From Phoronis australis (lineage: Eukaryota > Animalia > Phoronida), in NCBI GenBank assembly GCA_002633005.1, contig NMRA01000273.1:63506-127505 (forward strand): a DNA stretch of 64,000 nt, read 5' to 3'. The translations under genes and the position numbers were made by a program. Under the pieces are notes generated by a model. It worked only from the letters and a program-made list of their open reading frames with translations, searched no databases and was not told where the DNA came from. Numbering within the stretch: position 1 is the stretch's first letter; each line of letters opens with the position of its first letter. Of the stretch, positions 41,701 through 56,800 are shown piece after piece.

Positions 41701-44700
41701 ACACAGTTCGTGCTTGTGGATAAATTTGGTAAAGTAGAATTTCACTTGTCAGGCATATTGTGTAATAAATAATTGAAGAATTTCACTACATGGTTATCTT
41801 GAGGGTTTTTTCCAGTAATGTGGTCTGCTTTTGTTACGGGGAATTCAGGCCATTTTGTCTAATTGTTTTTGGCGTGAACTGTAGTTCTATTGCAGCAATA
41901 CATATGTTTGAAATTCTCACAAAGTCTTAGTGTATTCATAATTTTTCATATCATTATCCTGCTACCCATTGAGTAGAGAATTGTTTGCGCAAAGTGTTGT
42001 TATACTGAAACTCGTTAGCATTTTTGACTGCTTTAGGTTTTAGATATGTGGCACTCCTCTGAGAAGCACAGGTGTCACCTAGTGACATCTCTTGGTGAAC
42101 TAGACACAGTGTTAAAGCATGGCTTTATGGCCGGGACCATTACAGAGGTGAGGGGCTTTATTATTTGCTCTTCAGAATGTGTTGAGTGCGTCATATTTTG
42201 AAGTGCATGTTGTTTTGAGCAATTGTGTCTTTATATGCTTCAAAGTTAAATAGAATTTCCATCCCCACTTACGACGTAAACAAGATAATTACGAAACAGC
42301 GTAATTAACTTTAGCAAAGTGATATCATTTTTTTCATGATTGCAATTAGTTTCAGTGATTGACTAGCAGCTCAGTGTTGAAAGTGTTGGCCAACCTTATC
42401 AAAAGTGAGGATTTCTAAACACTTTTCTGTTTTCCAATGCCCTGAATGAACTGCTAGAACTATAGAATGAGTCGCAATCAATACCAGATATAGCAATTCA
42501 GAAAATTGCTGATGTGATCTTGAAAGAAAGGAAGACAGACAGACAGACAGAAACAAAAGTTTCTAACAAAACTATATTTTTTGCTATCTAAATGCATCAG
42601 ATATTTATTTCAGTAGATTGCATATGCTATGAACAACTGACTAATGGTAGTTTACTGCTGAAACGGTATTCTGCCTTCACTTTTGCTGGTCATTACTGCT
42701 TCACACTTAGTTGTTTCGTTTGTTGATTGCTGTAGATCACAGGACCGTCAGGTTGTGGTAAAACCCAGCTCAGTATCCAGTTGGCTGTTGTGGCAGTATT
42801 ATCACTAGGTGGCTCTGTTATATACATCGACACGGAGGCCGCATTTAGTGCTGAAAGGTTCGTGTGCATGTGTGATTGGAAGTCATAACTTATCTACCTA
42901 TTTTTTGGAATTACCATAATTGGTTGAACTGTTCCTTCAACTGCTTTTTTCTTTACAATAAATGCATTAATAGTGAATTGCTTTTAACAAAGCACAGTTT
43001 CACCTTGTTTGTATTTGAAAGGAGTTGCTCCTCTTTGTCATTCATAATCAACCTGTGATTTGTGGCTTAACTCTACAGACTATTGTATCAAGCTTTGTGC
43101 TGTAGTAACTCTCATAGCTACACCTCAGCCTCTATGATGGGGATTGGTGATATACTAGAGTTCGATGCCTGTCACATTGTCACAAGAGTATTTCGTCTAA
43201 GCTATGCTACATAAACTCCTGTCTTACTTACATCCAGGTGGATGCAGGTGGCACAGTGTAGATTTCCCCAGCATTTCAGCTCAGAGCAGCAGTTGGTGGA
43301 TATGGCTAAGCAAGTTCACGTCTATGTGGAGTCCACATGTAGCAGTCTCTGGGACAGGTACAATTTGGATTCTCTTTACCTCTTTGCATTCATTTTTATT
43401 TCTCCTGTTACCTGAGCCTGGTCATTTTGACACGTGGGTATGATGTGCTACAAGGGGGGAAATGCTATATACATGTCAACCTATATGGAGTGTCCACATT
43501 TTATACGCATTTGATTCAATTAATGTAGTATATGGGCGTCCGATTAAAGTAATACGGATTCTTGTAAAAAATCTTAGATTTATTTATAGCTATGATCAGT
43601 TCCTACGATTATTACAGAGCGCATAACATTTACAAACATACTGTACACCACAGAAAAAATGTCACGCTGCAATCCAGTTTAGAGTTCTTGTGGATTATTT
43701 CTTTAAATGTGGACGTTAACAAATATGGTACATGTGGGGGACCTGAGGGGGTTGGCGTGATGCTGTCTGTTATGAGGTCGCACTGTCTTTATGTAAAATT
43801 GACATTTTGGAAATGATTGAAGGGTTTGACCGTGAATGTAATTAGATCGGGGTTTTAGTGTTAAGAATTACATAATATTACGTGGCAATGAATCATGGCG
43901 GTGTTTTTCATAATCGAGGGGTTCTCGTCCACATAATCGGGGTTCTCCTCCTGGTAATAGATGGCTCTTTCTTCTCACAGTGGATGGTGGGTTGTCACTT
44001 CATATTTGAAGTCCAGTGCGTTGCCATGGTAACCAGGAAAAGGTATCCAAGGCAATACCAACTGGTGCAAATCCAACCGAAGATGATACAAATGCTGGCC
44101 GAAGTCACCATCACCTTCGTTTACCCACCTGAGATGATACCTGCCTTATCTTCGATTATGTAAGAATTAATGATCCATTCCTATCGCCTAATGGGTTATC
44201 AATGTCATTTGCAGGCTTCAAAGTCTAGAAGAGGACATCATTAAAAAGCGCGCTTGTCTGGTGGTAGTTGATTCCATTGCGTCTTTAGTCAGAAAAGAGT
44301 TCAACAATCAAGGGTGGAGAACTTTGATTGAGCGCACCAAGTTGCTATCTAAAGAGGCATCCATGTTGAAACGACTAGCAGAAGACTTCGCCATTCCAGT
44401 AAGTTGCAGGCTATTGTCTTAATAGCTGTTCATATAAAAGGTGATCGTAACTTTGAAATGAATTTTGTTGTGGTTCCTTTTTTGTACTGTAGGTAATAAT
44501 ATATTTCTGTATATTTCCATTAAGATTTAACCCAAGTGCGGTTAGAATACGACATTCATTGTAAACCAGCTTCCATCAGTTGTGAGTTGGGTGGTCTTGG
44601 GATGTAGATATCGGATGGTAGTGCCAGTTCAGTTCCCAGCCAATTAACATAACCTTACATTTAATCACATATATTTCTTGTTACTTGATAATCATATTGG

Positions 44701-45569
44701 TTAGTCACTTAATGAGTTCAGATAAAGTGACTTAACTCTGACTGACCAACAGTTTTAATTTTAAGGCTTGTATTGCCAGTAAAGCCATGAAACAGTTTTT
44801 ATAAGTAACGTGTCATTTACACGATATGGGTGTGTTGGTGTGCTCCCATCGCTATCTGATGTTGACTTATTGCAGTCCATGCATAGCATCCAATGACTGG
44901 AAATGTGATGTGTAGACTGGAAATGTGATGTGTAGACTGGAAATGTGATGTGTAGACTGGAAATGTGATGTGTAGACTGGAAATGTGATGTGTAGACATG
45001 CTTTCAAATGAACAATATTTAAGTGTTGCGTTCAAGAGGAAAGAATTTTAATGGAGAATTTTTACTTATTTAATAGAAATTACAGTACCTCAGTTGTTGT
45101 TGAGTCTTGGAGAATATTCACCATACTGAACACAGTGATGCCATCTTCATGAGTGTTACGTATAGTTGCAATGATTTTCGATATACATATGGGCATGGGT
45201 CAATTCACCCGTGAAACCTTTTAATGTACAAGTCATTATAGATGACCTATGGGGCACCACACTGTGACTACATGGACAGGATTTACATTAAAGCTAAATC
45301 ATCGCTGACCATTGTTTCATGCTTTACAAATAAGTTTGCAATATTTATGATACTAGAATGTAATAATCATGATTTATACAAATGATAGTGATGGTCAAGT
45401 TGTTGTTTCGACATATTAATGGCCACAGCCCAAGGGGCCAGGACTGGAGGCTTGAATGTATAGATTCATTCATTCATTCATGATATTATTGACTTCTAAT
45501 GATTTGTAGTTATTAAATTTTGTACCATATATAAATATATACGCACGCCCTCCCCCCCCCACACACACA

Positions 45570-45610
<41 letters not shown>

Positions 45611-48600
45611 GCGCTGAAGGCCACACTTGCCAGTTAATATGAAATTCAATGTAGTTATGAGAAAATTAGTAGTTTACAAATGACTACTTAAAGTGAAAAA
45701 TTGTTAGCGTGGTTATCAGATGTACATGTGTCTACACGGCTGTTGTTACGGATCACTAGGTTACCTAACAACCATTGGTAATTACCTTGTTACAGTGTGT
45801 GTCAGGCATTGGCAGGTCTGGGTCTGACGACCATGGACCGCATGGTGTTTGGCAATCGTCCAAACTTTGTATGAGAAGCCTGTTCCTGGATGTTGTTAAG
45901 TCTGCAACAGAGTTCGAACAGGGTATAAACAGGGGAGCATTCCTTAGACTTAGTTTTTTGTGTGAAAAGCAAGACCTCGCAAAATTGCAAGAGTGAAAAG
46001 TGAATGTTTTCGCGAGTATGTTCGGGAGTTTACTAGCCTTTCCTAGCAAAATGACAGCCAATAAAGTGAGTGGTTGGTGAGGTTGGATTGTTGAATTGTG
46101 AGATCAAGTTCACTATTGACATTCCGATTTGCGGAGATTTTGCTCTGCAGGGGCAAGTTAATATCTTACGGTCTACGGAACTCTGCCCAGTTGTTAAATT
46201 TTTTGCAACAGGCCAACACATGTGCCTGTGCATGTCATCAGTGCAGAGATGAGTAACATGCCTTATGTACAGCAAACAGAAACAAAAAAAATAATAATAG
46301 CTTGTATTCGTATGATACGGGCATCATCTAGTGCCTATTCAAGTGATTTGGTGTCTTCTATCGTAAGTGGCAGTGTTGCTAGAAAAGGGTTTGAATTGAG
46401 CTCAAACTAAGAGACCAAGTGCCCATGAAATGCTTCTAACTGTTTTCAAGTTTGTTGTAGTTATTTAAGACATAGGTTTTTGTTTCTTAGGACTTTCAAT
46501 TTTTGGTTAACCCTAAGCAAAAAATGAGAATAGTGCTATCTGCAAAAGTGGTGTGTATTGATATGTTTTGATGGAGTGTTCCTGTAAATCCCGGTTGATT
46601 TATTTTACTTTAAAAATATTCTTGAAGTAAATGTTTTTCAATTTGATAATTGGATTATGTAATCAAGTAGCCATTGAGGTGTTCCTTTCAGTTGGTAATT
46701 GAGAACTTGAGCATTAGGACTCAACCCTAGGTTTTTTAATGATTCATTAAATCTGGTGATTTTAATGACTGTGTGACTCACTAGCCATTGCCACACATGT
46801 GTTCCTGTCAGTCGTTCAAACTGTGTTCACAGAGTATGACCGCCAGTTGACATTTGTCCATTACTCGCTATTTAACAACAGGTGTGTGGCAACATCTGAG
46901 CCAAAAAATAAACTAGAGAAACAATCACTGGTAGCTCGGCCACAGCTGTTGATCATTAGATGTCTATTGGTGACAAGATCATCGACTTTAAGCTGTTTCT
47001 TTTCCAAGGCAGTAAAGTTGAAATGAACTTGTATGTAAGATATGAAATATCAAGAAGGATACTGTGGTTCTGGTCTACTTCAGATAACGAGGAGCTTCAA
47101 GTGGTATGTAATCGATAAAGACTGACCACGTTGAACACACTTGTTCTTCAACAGAGCCTAATAGACAACACAAGTGGCTGTTTGGGGCCCCAGTGGGAAC
47201 CTTACGCCAATACTAATAATGAACATACAGTGTTCAGTGATAAGGGACCCCCCAAGTCGAACCTAACTGAGGGACCCCCAAGGGCCTATGCCTGAGGCAA
47301 CTCATACTGGGATATTATGAATAAGGTAATGAAGTGATTGCATGTGTTTTATGAACTTTACCTGAATGGCAGGTGGGTCTCATTAGCACGCCATCGACTT
47401 TACTCACCTAGTTGACACAGACCACATGCCTCACATACAGAGAAACATATTTTCCAGTGTGACACTATACCCTGAGATTCGACATATCAGCATTAGGTAT
47501 GAATTCTTTTTGTAAAAAGAAAAACTTGGCAACATTTCTAAATAAACTGTCGTCCTTTGACTGCATCTTTGTTGTATTCCAAATAAATAGTATTAATGCT
47601 TATGGAAGTTTTGCTGTCTCAATACTAGGACCAGCAACCAGTATTTATAGTAAGTAAAAAGTTGGCAAAATCCCAGCAGCAAAGTATTGGTTTTCTCATG
47701 TGTCCTGGAAAAATTTAAGTACACGGAGTATGGTTAATAACTTACATCTTCAACAGATTAAGTTGACTTCATAAATTATATTCAGTTTACTTTAAACTAT
47801 TCTGGTTTCCTGCAGTGCAGCAGGGCAAGGTGCAGGGAGTTTGTTTACCACCTTGAATTGAGCGCTTGCTCAGTTACATGGAGATTAGGAGAAAAGCATA
47901 GCTACACGTATGCAAGGCTATTTTCCACTCACATTTTTGTTAAGTACTTCGAAGAATTAGTGAAATAATGTTAGGGAGTGTTTTCTAAAATTCATTAAAA
48001 AATGCCGGGTTATTCCAACATGTTATAATTCTGGAAGTGACGATAAAAATAATGCAGAAATAACGAAATCAGGCCTATATGGTCTGCAGAGATCACTTCA
48101 TTTTAGTGGTATTTAAAGCAGCCAGAACTTCAGTTTATCGTTGATACGTTTAAACGGGTTGTATTAATTAAGGAGACGGTGTAGCTTAGCGGTTTGAGCT
48201 GCGCACTCCCATCAGGGAGACCCAAGTTCGAATCCTGGCTTTACAGACAAGTAATCGAGCGTTGCACAACAGTATCTCCTACTCCTCTGAGTTCAGTGTT
48301 GTGAATGAATGAATGTATGCAAGGGATTGAATGTGCCAATTATTTAATTGTCAGTGATATTAGCCACCTTTTTTTACTCCTAAAACTGACAGTAAATGAT
48401 TAAAAAAAAATTAAACTTCAAGCTAACCAACCAGATGATTGCCTGTTGGGAACTTCCTGGGTTCTGGATTAGAAGTCTGGCCTGCCACTACTTCATCCTT
48501 TGGAATGTGAAGACATTCATTATCACTTCACATGAAAAGGTTATTTTTGCTGCCTTAACAATAAATAGTTATCAGTTTGTTCTATTGTCACTGTGTAGTA

Positions 48601-49957
48601 GGCGTGTGTCTGACACTTCATTTGTTGAAACACTTAAAGGAATACTCGTCTCATTGTAGATAGTGGTGACCAATCAGATCACAACCCGCTATACGCAGAC
48701 ACGGCCCATCAGTGTCCATGGTAAGCTTGCTGCTACTTATTTGTATTGATGATATCAGACAATTTTCATAGAAACAAAATGATCTTTTAGTGATTAAGGA
48801 TTGTTTTTGATACTGATTTTATTTTCGTATTTTCTGTCTGTGTGTCGTAGTATACCCTGTTTAGTCATTCTGTTGACATCTTTGTTAGCGGGTGTCAATT
48901 TTCTATCTATATACTTGGATTTGTCTGTGAGTACTACAACTATGGGTTATGCACAGTACGGTAGTATCTTTGTTAATGTGGCCAGAACGTGCTGGACCAC
49001 ACAAGTGTGAAGCAAGATCATACAAGGGTTTTGGTAGTAAGCTCGCAACCTCATCAACAAGCACTAGCAAAATGGCCCCTATTGAAGGTGATGGGTTAGC
49101 TATTTAAAGATTGTTGAATTACGGGTGAAATTTATAGAGAAACTATTTCCACTCTTTCCAAGATTCTTTGTCTCAAGTGTCTAGTGGTACAGAAAGTGTC
49201 GCTGGTATGTAATTTCACACCTGTTGTATTGCAGTGCCACGTGATAATGCAGCAGATTTGATTCCATCAGAAGACGATGGTTTTGTGACTGCTGCGCTGG
49301 GAAACACATGGAGTCACTGCGTCAATACTCGACTTATACTACAGTACATAGACAACATTCACAGACAGGTAGGGTGACATCTAAATTTTGTTTGCCTGTT
49401 CATTTGCAGGTCTTTTTAGAATAGACAACAATTCGTATCTCTGAAGGTGGCTGAATTGGACTCTGCAATCTGCATCCACTAAAACCTTCATGACACCTTT
49501 TTCATTAGAACTATTTGTAAGTCAATGAAAGACCGTCGTGTGTTTGGGAACTTTTGAAGAAGCTAAACTTAAATGTTGGCTTCTTAACGACATTCAGAAA
49601 AGCGCAAGAAAATTTTGTGTTGCGCTATACTGACCCTTTCATTTAGGTAACTAAAGTCTTGTTAAAAGTTCTTTTATAATTTATTGTTATACTTGGGTGA
49701 AGTTGTAGTGATAGGAGCATGAAATTCATTGGCTGCAATAGTGAAACAACTGTTCTTCCTGTGAAATGCATGCATTCAGGCAATCTCTTGAGATCATTAT
49801 CTCAAGAAACTCTGCTGGTGACCGGGTTAATGTTCTCATTCCCACAAGATCTTAAAGTGATGTCCTCTTTTTTTGTAGATTCTCATTGCCAAAAGTCCAG
49901 TGGCGCCATTTGCATCGTTTGTATACAGAGTAGAGGACAAAGGCTTGGTACTAACTG
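38758..49957 (+). CDS. RAD51B: DNA repair protein RAD51 paralog B; terminal exon not found in the window
   Basis: Exons 38758-38838, 41420-41533, 42037-42147, 42736-42857, 43238-43357, 44215-44398, 48660-48720, 49235-49368, 49879-49957 (335 codons + 1 nt, phases compatible). Walker A ITGPSGCGKT, YIDTEAAFSAER, Walker B LVVVDSIASLVRKEF, VVTNQIT, AALGNTWSHCVNTRLILQY, ILIAKSPVAPFASFVY. Confidence 0.96.
44897..44997. repeat. 20-bp tandem repeat x5
   Basis: CTGGAAATGTGATGTGTAGA. Confidence 0.95.
45560..45607. repeat. (CA)n microsatellite
   Basis: Interrupted CA run after a C tract. Confidence 0.95.
48172..48315 (+). mobile_element. tRNA-derived SINE
   Basis: Pol III A box TAGCTTAGCGG (48182) and B box GTTCGAATCC (48226); no proper acceptor stem; (TGAA)n tail. 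Confidence 0.7.
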
Positions 49958-50552
49958 GTAGGTGTACTGTTGTACATGCAAAATATATCAATGCTCAGTA
50001 TATTTTGACAAGTGGACCTTCGTTTTGCATAGTGAAGGATAGTTTACCGTAAACAGACACCTATTTTGAGACAAGTCTGGAAAAACAATTCCTGTGCTGG
50101 CCTTTTGCAGCCGCCGTAGTATTACAACCTTCATCGCCTCAGAAAGTTTACATCAATTTTCGAATCTCTAAATCTAAAGTCTATTCTGCAGAACCGTCTG
50201 CTTCCATAAAGCTCTGCTCCCCTCCCATCTGCCCAAAACAATGGCATTAAGATAAATCATACCAAACTACATGAAAGTTGCCTTTGTTGTGTTGTTGGAA
50301 TAGGATGGCTGGGCAATCTTTCTCAATCCACTCCCACATTTCACAATCTTTTACAAGGAATAGCTTTTACAGTGGTTAAGTTTCATTTTTGTTCCAAGAA
50401 TCAGTTTCTTTGTCCCTGTATACGTGTGCCACCTGTTGGCCAAACAAATAACTATCCAAGTTGTGATTCTTGGTAATTGCCAACCTTCCTTTCACATTTC
50501 ACCAAAAATGGTAAATTTCAGCTCATCACGATAATATTTAATTTCAAATTAT

Positions 50553-50830
50553 TTTAAGGTTATGTAGGACCCTTGAGAAGTGGCCAAATTTGACAAACTT
50601 CAGAACATCATGTCTTAGAAATGGTTGCTCGCATTCATAAGAAACTTTCAGATACTATGATTTATACACCGTTCTCCAAACCGCTGTTAGGAATTGTGTT
50701 TTAAAGTTTGCACTTTTGCATGAAGGTCTATCAATAAGTTGGACTTTTATTGTTTTAATGAAGACAGTCAAAAGTTGCATAAAATGAAAATGAAGTGATC
50801 ATTTTAGAAACTATAACAGTTTATTTGGGA
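50553..50830 (+). mobile_element. Dispersed non-autonomous DNA-element copy (related to 1143-1580, ~60030-60290 and ~61720-61960)
   Basis: TTAAGGTTATGTAGGACCC...CCAAATTT...CTTCAGAACATCATGTCTTAGAAATGG resembles TTAAAGTTATGTAGGATCC...CTTCGGAACATCATATCTCAGAAATGG at 1143. Confidence 0.6.
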
Positions 50831-53800
50831 CGTCATCTTATGCATTGTACCATCGGCCCAAGAGTACATTACAAAACGCAACACAAAAGTATTTACAGAA
50901 AACGTCTAATGTGGAATGATTTTGTTACAAACTGTGCTAACTTTGTTAAAAATGACTCTGGAATTTCTAGCAAGTACAATTTTTCATTCACTGAGTTAAA
51001 AAATGAAATTAGTCTCCTATCTCAAAGACATTAATTTTTTTAACAACAGAATGGACCAATTCTTAGTTCGCGACCAACTGACCCTCTACCACATTCAATT
51101 TCAAAACAATGATTTGAACATCGAAGTTTTGTTACGTGCTGTGTGAGTATTAGATTTTTGAAAAAAAGATCCACGAAGGTTGACAGTTACCGCAATGTGT
51201 AGTGCAAGTGCAAGAGGATGTTGTCTTTGAAATAACGTTTTGTTTTTGTTTGAAAGACGACAGCATGCAAATGGTATTGCCTCTTTTGTACAAGGAATTT
51301 GATATACTAATCAATCTCAATTGGTGTCAAGACTGTCAGTTATGTTGTGGAATACTTATAAATTACCAAGTTCATTTTATTACCTTATCTTCACATCAAC
51401 TGTAAGCTGGCAGTTGTCACAATTATTTTATAGTCTTGTTTACAACAGTTTGATGCTTGATCTGTAACAGATTGCGCTATTTCTTCACAAATTGTGCTTC
51501 CTCAAAAATGATGTTTTCTACTTGTCCTATGTGAACGAACTCCTTTGATAGTCGTTATCAATTTGGAAAGCTTCATGACCATGACCCTGTCCGCATCTCG
51601 CACATCTTTCATTTTCTGTTTATTAGCAGAGCCAGTCTGCAGCTCTGTTTTTCTGGCATTTACATGATTTTGACTGTATCTCTCTTGTTTGGTTTCATGC
51701 AACCCTTCCTCAGTTTCCGTGGTTCCAGCTAATTAAGATCGTGTAAAGTTTACAGCTGTGAGGTTTTGATTTACTCAATCTGTTACTGGTCACTGCCGGG
51801 TACAGTTTCTGATTTGTTGTTTTGTGTTTTGCTGCATTTTTCTTTGATTCGGTTTTTCCTTACTGCTCCGTAGTAGTTGCATGTTTATTTTAGAGGCTAA
51901 GGTTTTATGAAAAAGACACCGAAGATCAAACGCATGTGAATCTATTAACAATTCATCAGTGTTTTAAGAACTGCTCAGGCAGACTTTCCGTTTCGTTTGT
52001 TCTACGTTTTATCGTGAATCCTGTTTAAAAAAGTTCGCGCTTTACAACTCGTGTTAAATGTAGCGTGTCTGAATACAATTACTGAGTCCTCATTAAGGTT
52101 CTACTTCAGTAATGCAAGCATTTGACCGATCTCATTTCTACTTTTCATGATCACGCATTCACGCATGATATGCCAACATTTTTTTTTACTATTTTCAAAC
52201 AGATTTTTTAGATCACATGTACTCATAGTGGGGAGCAGACGATAATTCCTTCTTGAGCCACAACACTCATCATGCCAGTTACTCCGATTTTTCTGTAGCA
52301 AGAACAAATGAGTTTTTGAGCCGGACAGGAGCTGGTCCATTGTTGGTAACTTCCAGCCATGACTTGTGCTCATTCAACTGAGACAATGGAATAACACAGG
52401 TCATGTGCCTTGCTCAAAGACACATGCATAACTCCAGCATCTATGGTTTAATCTATTACACTACACTCCACAAGAGAGTTCTACTCTCAAACACCATAGA
52501 CTGCTTAGTCAATACTGAATTGCTGTTAGTTTCTTATTGGTTGCTGCAGTTTTTGTACATTGCTTATCAATGTGTTAGGAAGTAGAGGTGGGGTTAATTT
52601 GGCTCTGGTGCTGAGCTCTAAATCTGCAATACTGAGGCAGTAATGAACCCTAACTCTGTTAATAAATTTGGCCTGCAAAATTCTGTTGCATTCGTGCTAA
52701 AGTCCGTGAACGTGATAACGAATGCTTTAGTTTTCCTTTTGGGGTACAACGCTCCTCTGTTTGGCTTTTGCATCTGTCACATTGTGAAAACAGGGTTCAA
52801 TTCTGATGGCGTTGTTTACAACTTCTCATCAGTGTATTCAACTGCTGAGTCAGTTACCGATAAATATTTTGGTGTTCCTATGTCGACAAGTGCATGATTC
52901 AGACAATACATTGAAAGTGGTGACATTTAGCTTCATTGTACATTTATCTCTGAAATAATAACTGTTGAGCCAGTGTTACTCATTGTTATATCTGCCAAAT
53001 GTCAGTAAAAGCCAATTGCACGTACTTGTCCTCCACGTGCAAGCTTTGTGGTTGTGAGAAATGGCCGGAGTCAGTCTGAACTCTGAACCGATTTTCTCTG
53101 GTTTTTCAGGACTGCATCAGTTGCAGCTTATATTACTACTGTTTCATGCAGAGCCCATATGTTGCATTGGTGGGAAGTGGTCTGTCAAGTTAAACCAATT
53201 TTTCAATCTATTTTTGAATGAAACGTATTGCCAAGGTTATTCTCTCCATGTCTGCAGTGTCAGAAATGCTCATAGTTTGGTCATGTGTTGTGTTCATTGA
53301 TGTCTGTGTGTTACAAACTATGCTAAAATTAAGTAATGGGTTATCCCAAAGTCAACAACATCTTGATCTTTAAGCCTTTATTTTGGTATAGCTTTTTCAA
53401 GTTCACATTCTTAGTTTTACACATTGCACAAAAGGTCCATTGTTGTTCAATGATTGTTTCTACTACTGATCTGAGTCTGTGGACTGTACTAAGAGGCCAC
53501 CTGGTGGCCATTTTGAACAACCACTCCAGTGGAAGAAGACAACTTTCTTCTGGCAAATACTTTACTTTGTAATCTGTGGAGTTCATTGTCTCTTGACTTA
53601 ATCATTAAGTATCTGAATTGTTTTTAAATCTTATTTTATTTGCAATGTTCTTTATGTAGTGTAATTTTTAGACATGTTGTTATAAAATTATGGCATGGCT
53701 CATTGGCAACTTTTGGGGGCTACAGTCCCATGGGCATGAAAAACGTTCAGTGCTCCTTAATTTCACACTCGACCCTTCGTGTCATCCATGTTGATATTCC

Positions 53801-56800
53801 TGGTCAACCAACAGGTATAAGTTTTCCAAGTTTCCAAAAAAGTATCTCAGTGCAGTATTACAGTGCAGTGTTACAGTGTATAAGTAACATCCCCTTGAAC
53901 ACCAGAGGACCAACTCATCTGGATTGACTAATTGTTACATGTGGGTGAAATGAGGGTTTCCTTGTAGCACAGTGTTATATTGTTGAAATTTATTACCTCA
54001 TAACTGCACCTTAAATCTTAAAACAATGGCTCATCCCAGTTGGCTGTTTACAGACACCTGTCTCCGTTGTTGTGTTATAGTCAGGATCCATTTTTCCACT
54101 AATAGCAGTTCTCTTGTCTAAATATATCTGTAAATAAACTCCAGTTAGACAATGAAGGGTGAATGATAGACCATAGCCCAGCATTACCCTGTTTAGTTTA
54201 TTTGTTCGCGTCTGCCTTATAAATAAATGACTCTACTGAAACATCAGTGTCTCAGTTGTGTCAGTGGGGTGTTGCTGGCTGTTACTGATCTGTCAGACAG
54301 CATGAATGGACTGGTTCATTTAATCACATATCTCTGTCAATAAACACAGACCTGTTTCTTGAATGATATTTTGGTAATTGGGAGTTAGAAGGAGTTTGTT
54401 TTCATCTAGAACATTGATTTTATTGTCCATCTTGAAAGTATGAATCTTCGTCGCTGTTTACAAATTCAGACTGAAAATACATCGGTGTCTTTAGCTTGAA
54501 TTGTTCCATGTTAGTGCATTTGGATATTTATGAAAATTGAGTGTGCTTGTGAAACTTTGCAGAATCAAATTATTCTCACAAAAGTCTGTTTTTCTTGACC
54601 AACGAATTGTATTTCATAATATTTCTGCTCGGCAAGCGTTCAGTCCATGAAGGAAACTGTTTTGTAGTTTGAGTAGTTCAAATTATTACCAACAACACAT
54701 AAAAATGTTGAAATGTTTACAAAAAACATTATCCAATTTTGTTCTGTACCATGGCTCCTTAAATTGTTTTTGTTTTCCAGGCCAATATCTCCCCTTCAGG
54801 GTTAGGAGGCCCAACAATGATCCTATTTTAGTGCCAATCTTGAGTCACAATCATGTTTATTAGCTTAATAGTCAGCACACAGGGATCTGCAAATATTTGC
54901 ATTGTCCCTCTTATATTTAATATTTATAGAAATGTTTTCTGTTTACGCTGCTTTGTCTCACCACATGCGAGGGGTCAATCGGTGCATTCTGATCCATCTC
55001 TTTGGCCCATGTGTGTTTTCATTGGTTCGCAACTGTAGTGGTCACATTTTGTTTTGATCGCTTCTACAAAAAACACTGTGACATCACTGGAATCTTACTA
55101 GATCAAACAGATTTCCCCTCTTGGTCAAGCACAAACATGTGGTCACTTCCTGGTTATGTTGTTGTTTACAAATCTGCCCCATTGCAGTGTGGTGCATTCC
55201 TGGCCAACCATCCTGGAGCACCGTGGAATGTGTAGAGCTAGAAATAAAGAACACTTGTTTGAGGTCAAATTTTTTAACCCACTGCCTGTAGTCAAATTCC
55301 TGTGGTCCTGTGCTATGACGTCAGGCGTGGTGGAGAGAATTTCAGGTTAAAACAGTACTACTATTGTCTTGTTGTGGAATGGTATTTCACTGAGTGAAGA
55401 ATCCTGCTAGGCTAGTTCAAAATGAGGTGTGATAAATTAGCCGGCGATTAAGCGTCAGTTTCCATATGTTTATCTCTTCGTACATACCTGACTTGAGGTA
55501 ACTGCAACTGTCTTGTATTCCATGAGGTGGGAAGTTGTTAGCTTCAGCTGCCTAAAATCTATTTTTGTGAGCAGTTGACACGAATGCAGTTGTCTTGTTA
55601 GTGAAAGACAGGACGTCCACTTCAGGAGTTAGCATTCTTCACAAGGCTGATGCAGTTTATGGGTCCCCATCTAGTAGAAGGCTGGACATGACATTGTATG
55701 CACCTTGAGGAATGGTGCTTCATTTGGGAGTCTGTGCTATCATCACACAACTCTTCTGAAACTATTTTGGACAAATCGTTTCTTTTTAGCTGTAGATAGT
55801 GTCATGCAACCATGTTTCATGCAACTGCATTTCCCTTTAGGTAAGCTGTACAGTGCCTTGTGTATTATTTTCTTACTTGGAGCTCCTTAGATATTTCCAA
55901 TGTAACTTTACGATTTATTATTGTGGTACGGGTTACTTTTGGAAATATTTCTCCAGTCAGGTTTGTTGCTCCTTTTAGAAAAGCAGATTTATTGCCTATA
56001 AACTAACATACTGCTTGACAATGTTTACTTTTCTGTAGAAATCAGGTAAACGCTGTTCTCACATCTAAAAATACTTTTGACATGGCTTAGCAAATAGTCA
56101 TGTTAGCAAATAGTCATGGGCTGTCTTAACAGGTTTTACACGTGCACCTTTGAAACTTCCCGGAAATGTTTCTCGCTGTGTATTTTCAGGGCATTTTCCA
56201 CAGGTGTAGTGTGAAGTAAGAATATTTATCAGTAAAATTAGCTTGACTGCAGACCTTCTGCAGATGTGGGGTCTTAATGTTCATTTACAAAGAGCTGGGA
56301 ATCCCTTTGAAAGCAGAGGTCTCCTGTTGGTTTAACACCCTGTGTTATGTAGGAACTGTGTAACATTGCTTCCCTGGCCAATGTGTACAAGTAGGCATGA
56401 TGCTGTGAAAATCATGAAATGCCATCTGTAAGATGTCTTATTTTTGGCAACATTTGAGTGACTAATCTCGGGACTTGTTTCTGTCACGTTTTCTTCCTAA
56501 CTTTGTCCAAACATCATGTTCTTGGTGTGTACATAAACGGGGATAGTAGTATGTGGTTGTTTGTTTTTGAAGCTGTTATTACTGGAAAGTCTTATACTTT
56601 GAAATAATGCTGAATTATGTGACACTTTCAAATGTTAAACTGATTGAACATGGCTGTATTGTCTGCTACAAACTGAGCTTCAAGAACGCATGAAAGCACT
56701 CCGCAGAAGACATAATAGATTGGTACAGAGCACGACAAAAGTAATCCGACAAAATACCGTTTTCCCCCTCATGACGGGTAATTGTGTTAATGGCAAAAAT

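Noticed and set aside
48172-48245. tRNA gene
   Set aside because: A and B boxes are present but there is no cloverleaf or acceptor stem, and a body and (TGAA)n tail follow, so it was called a SINE.
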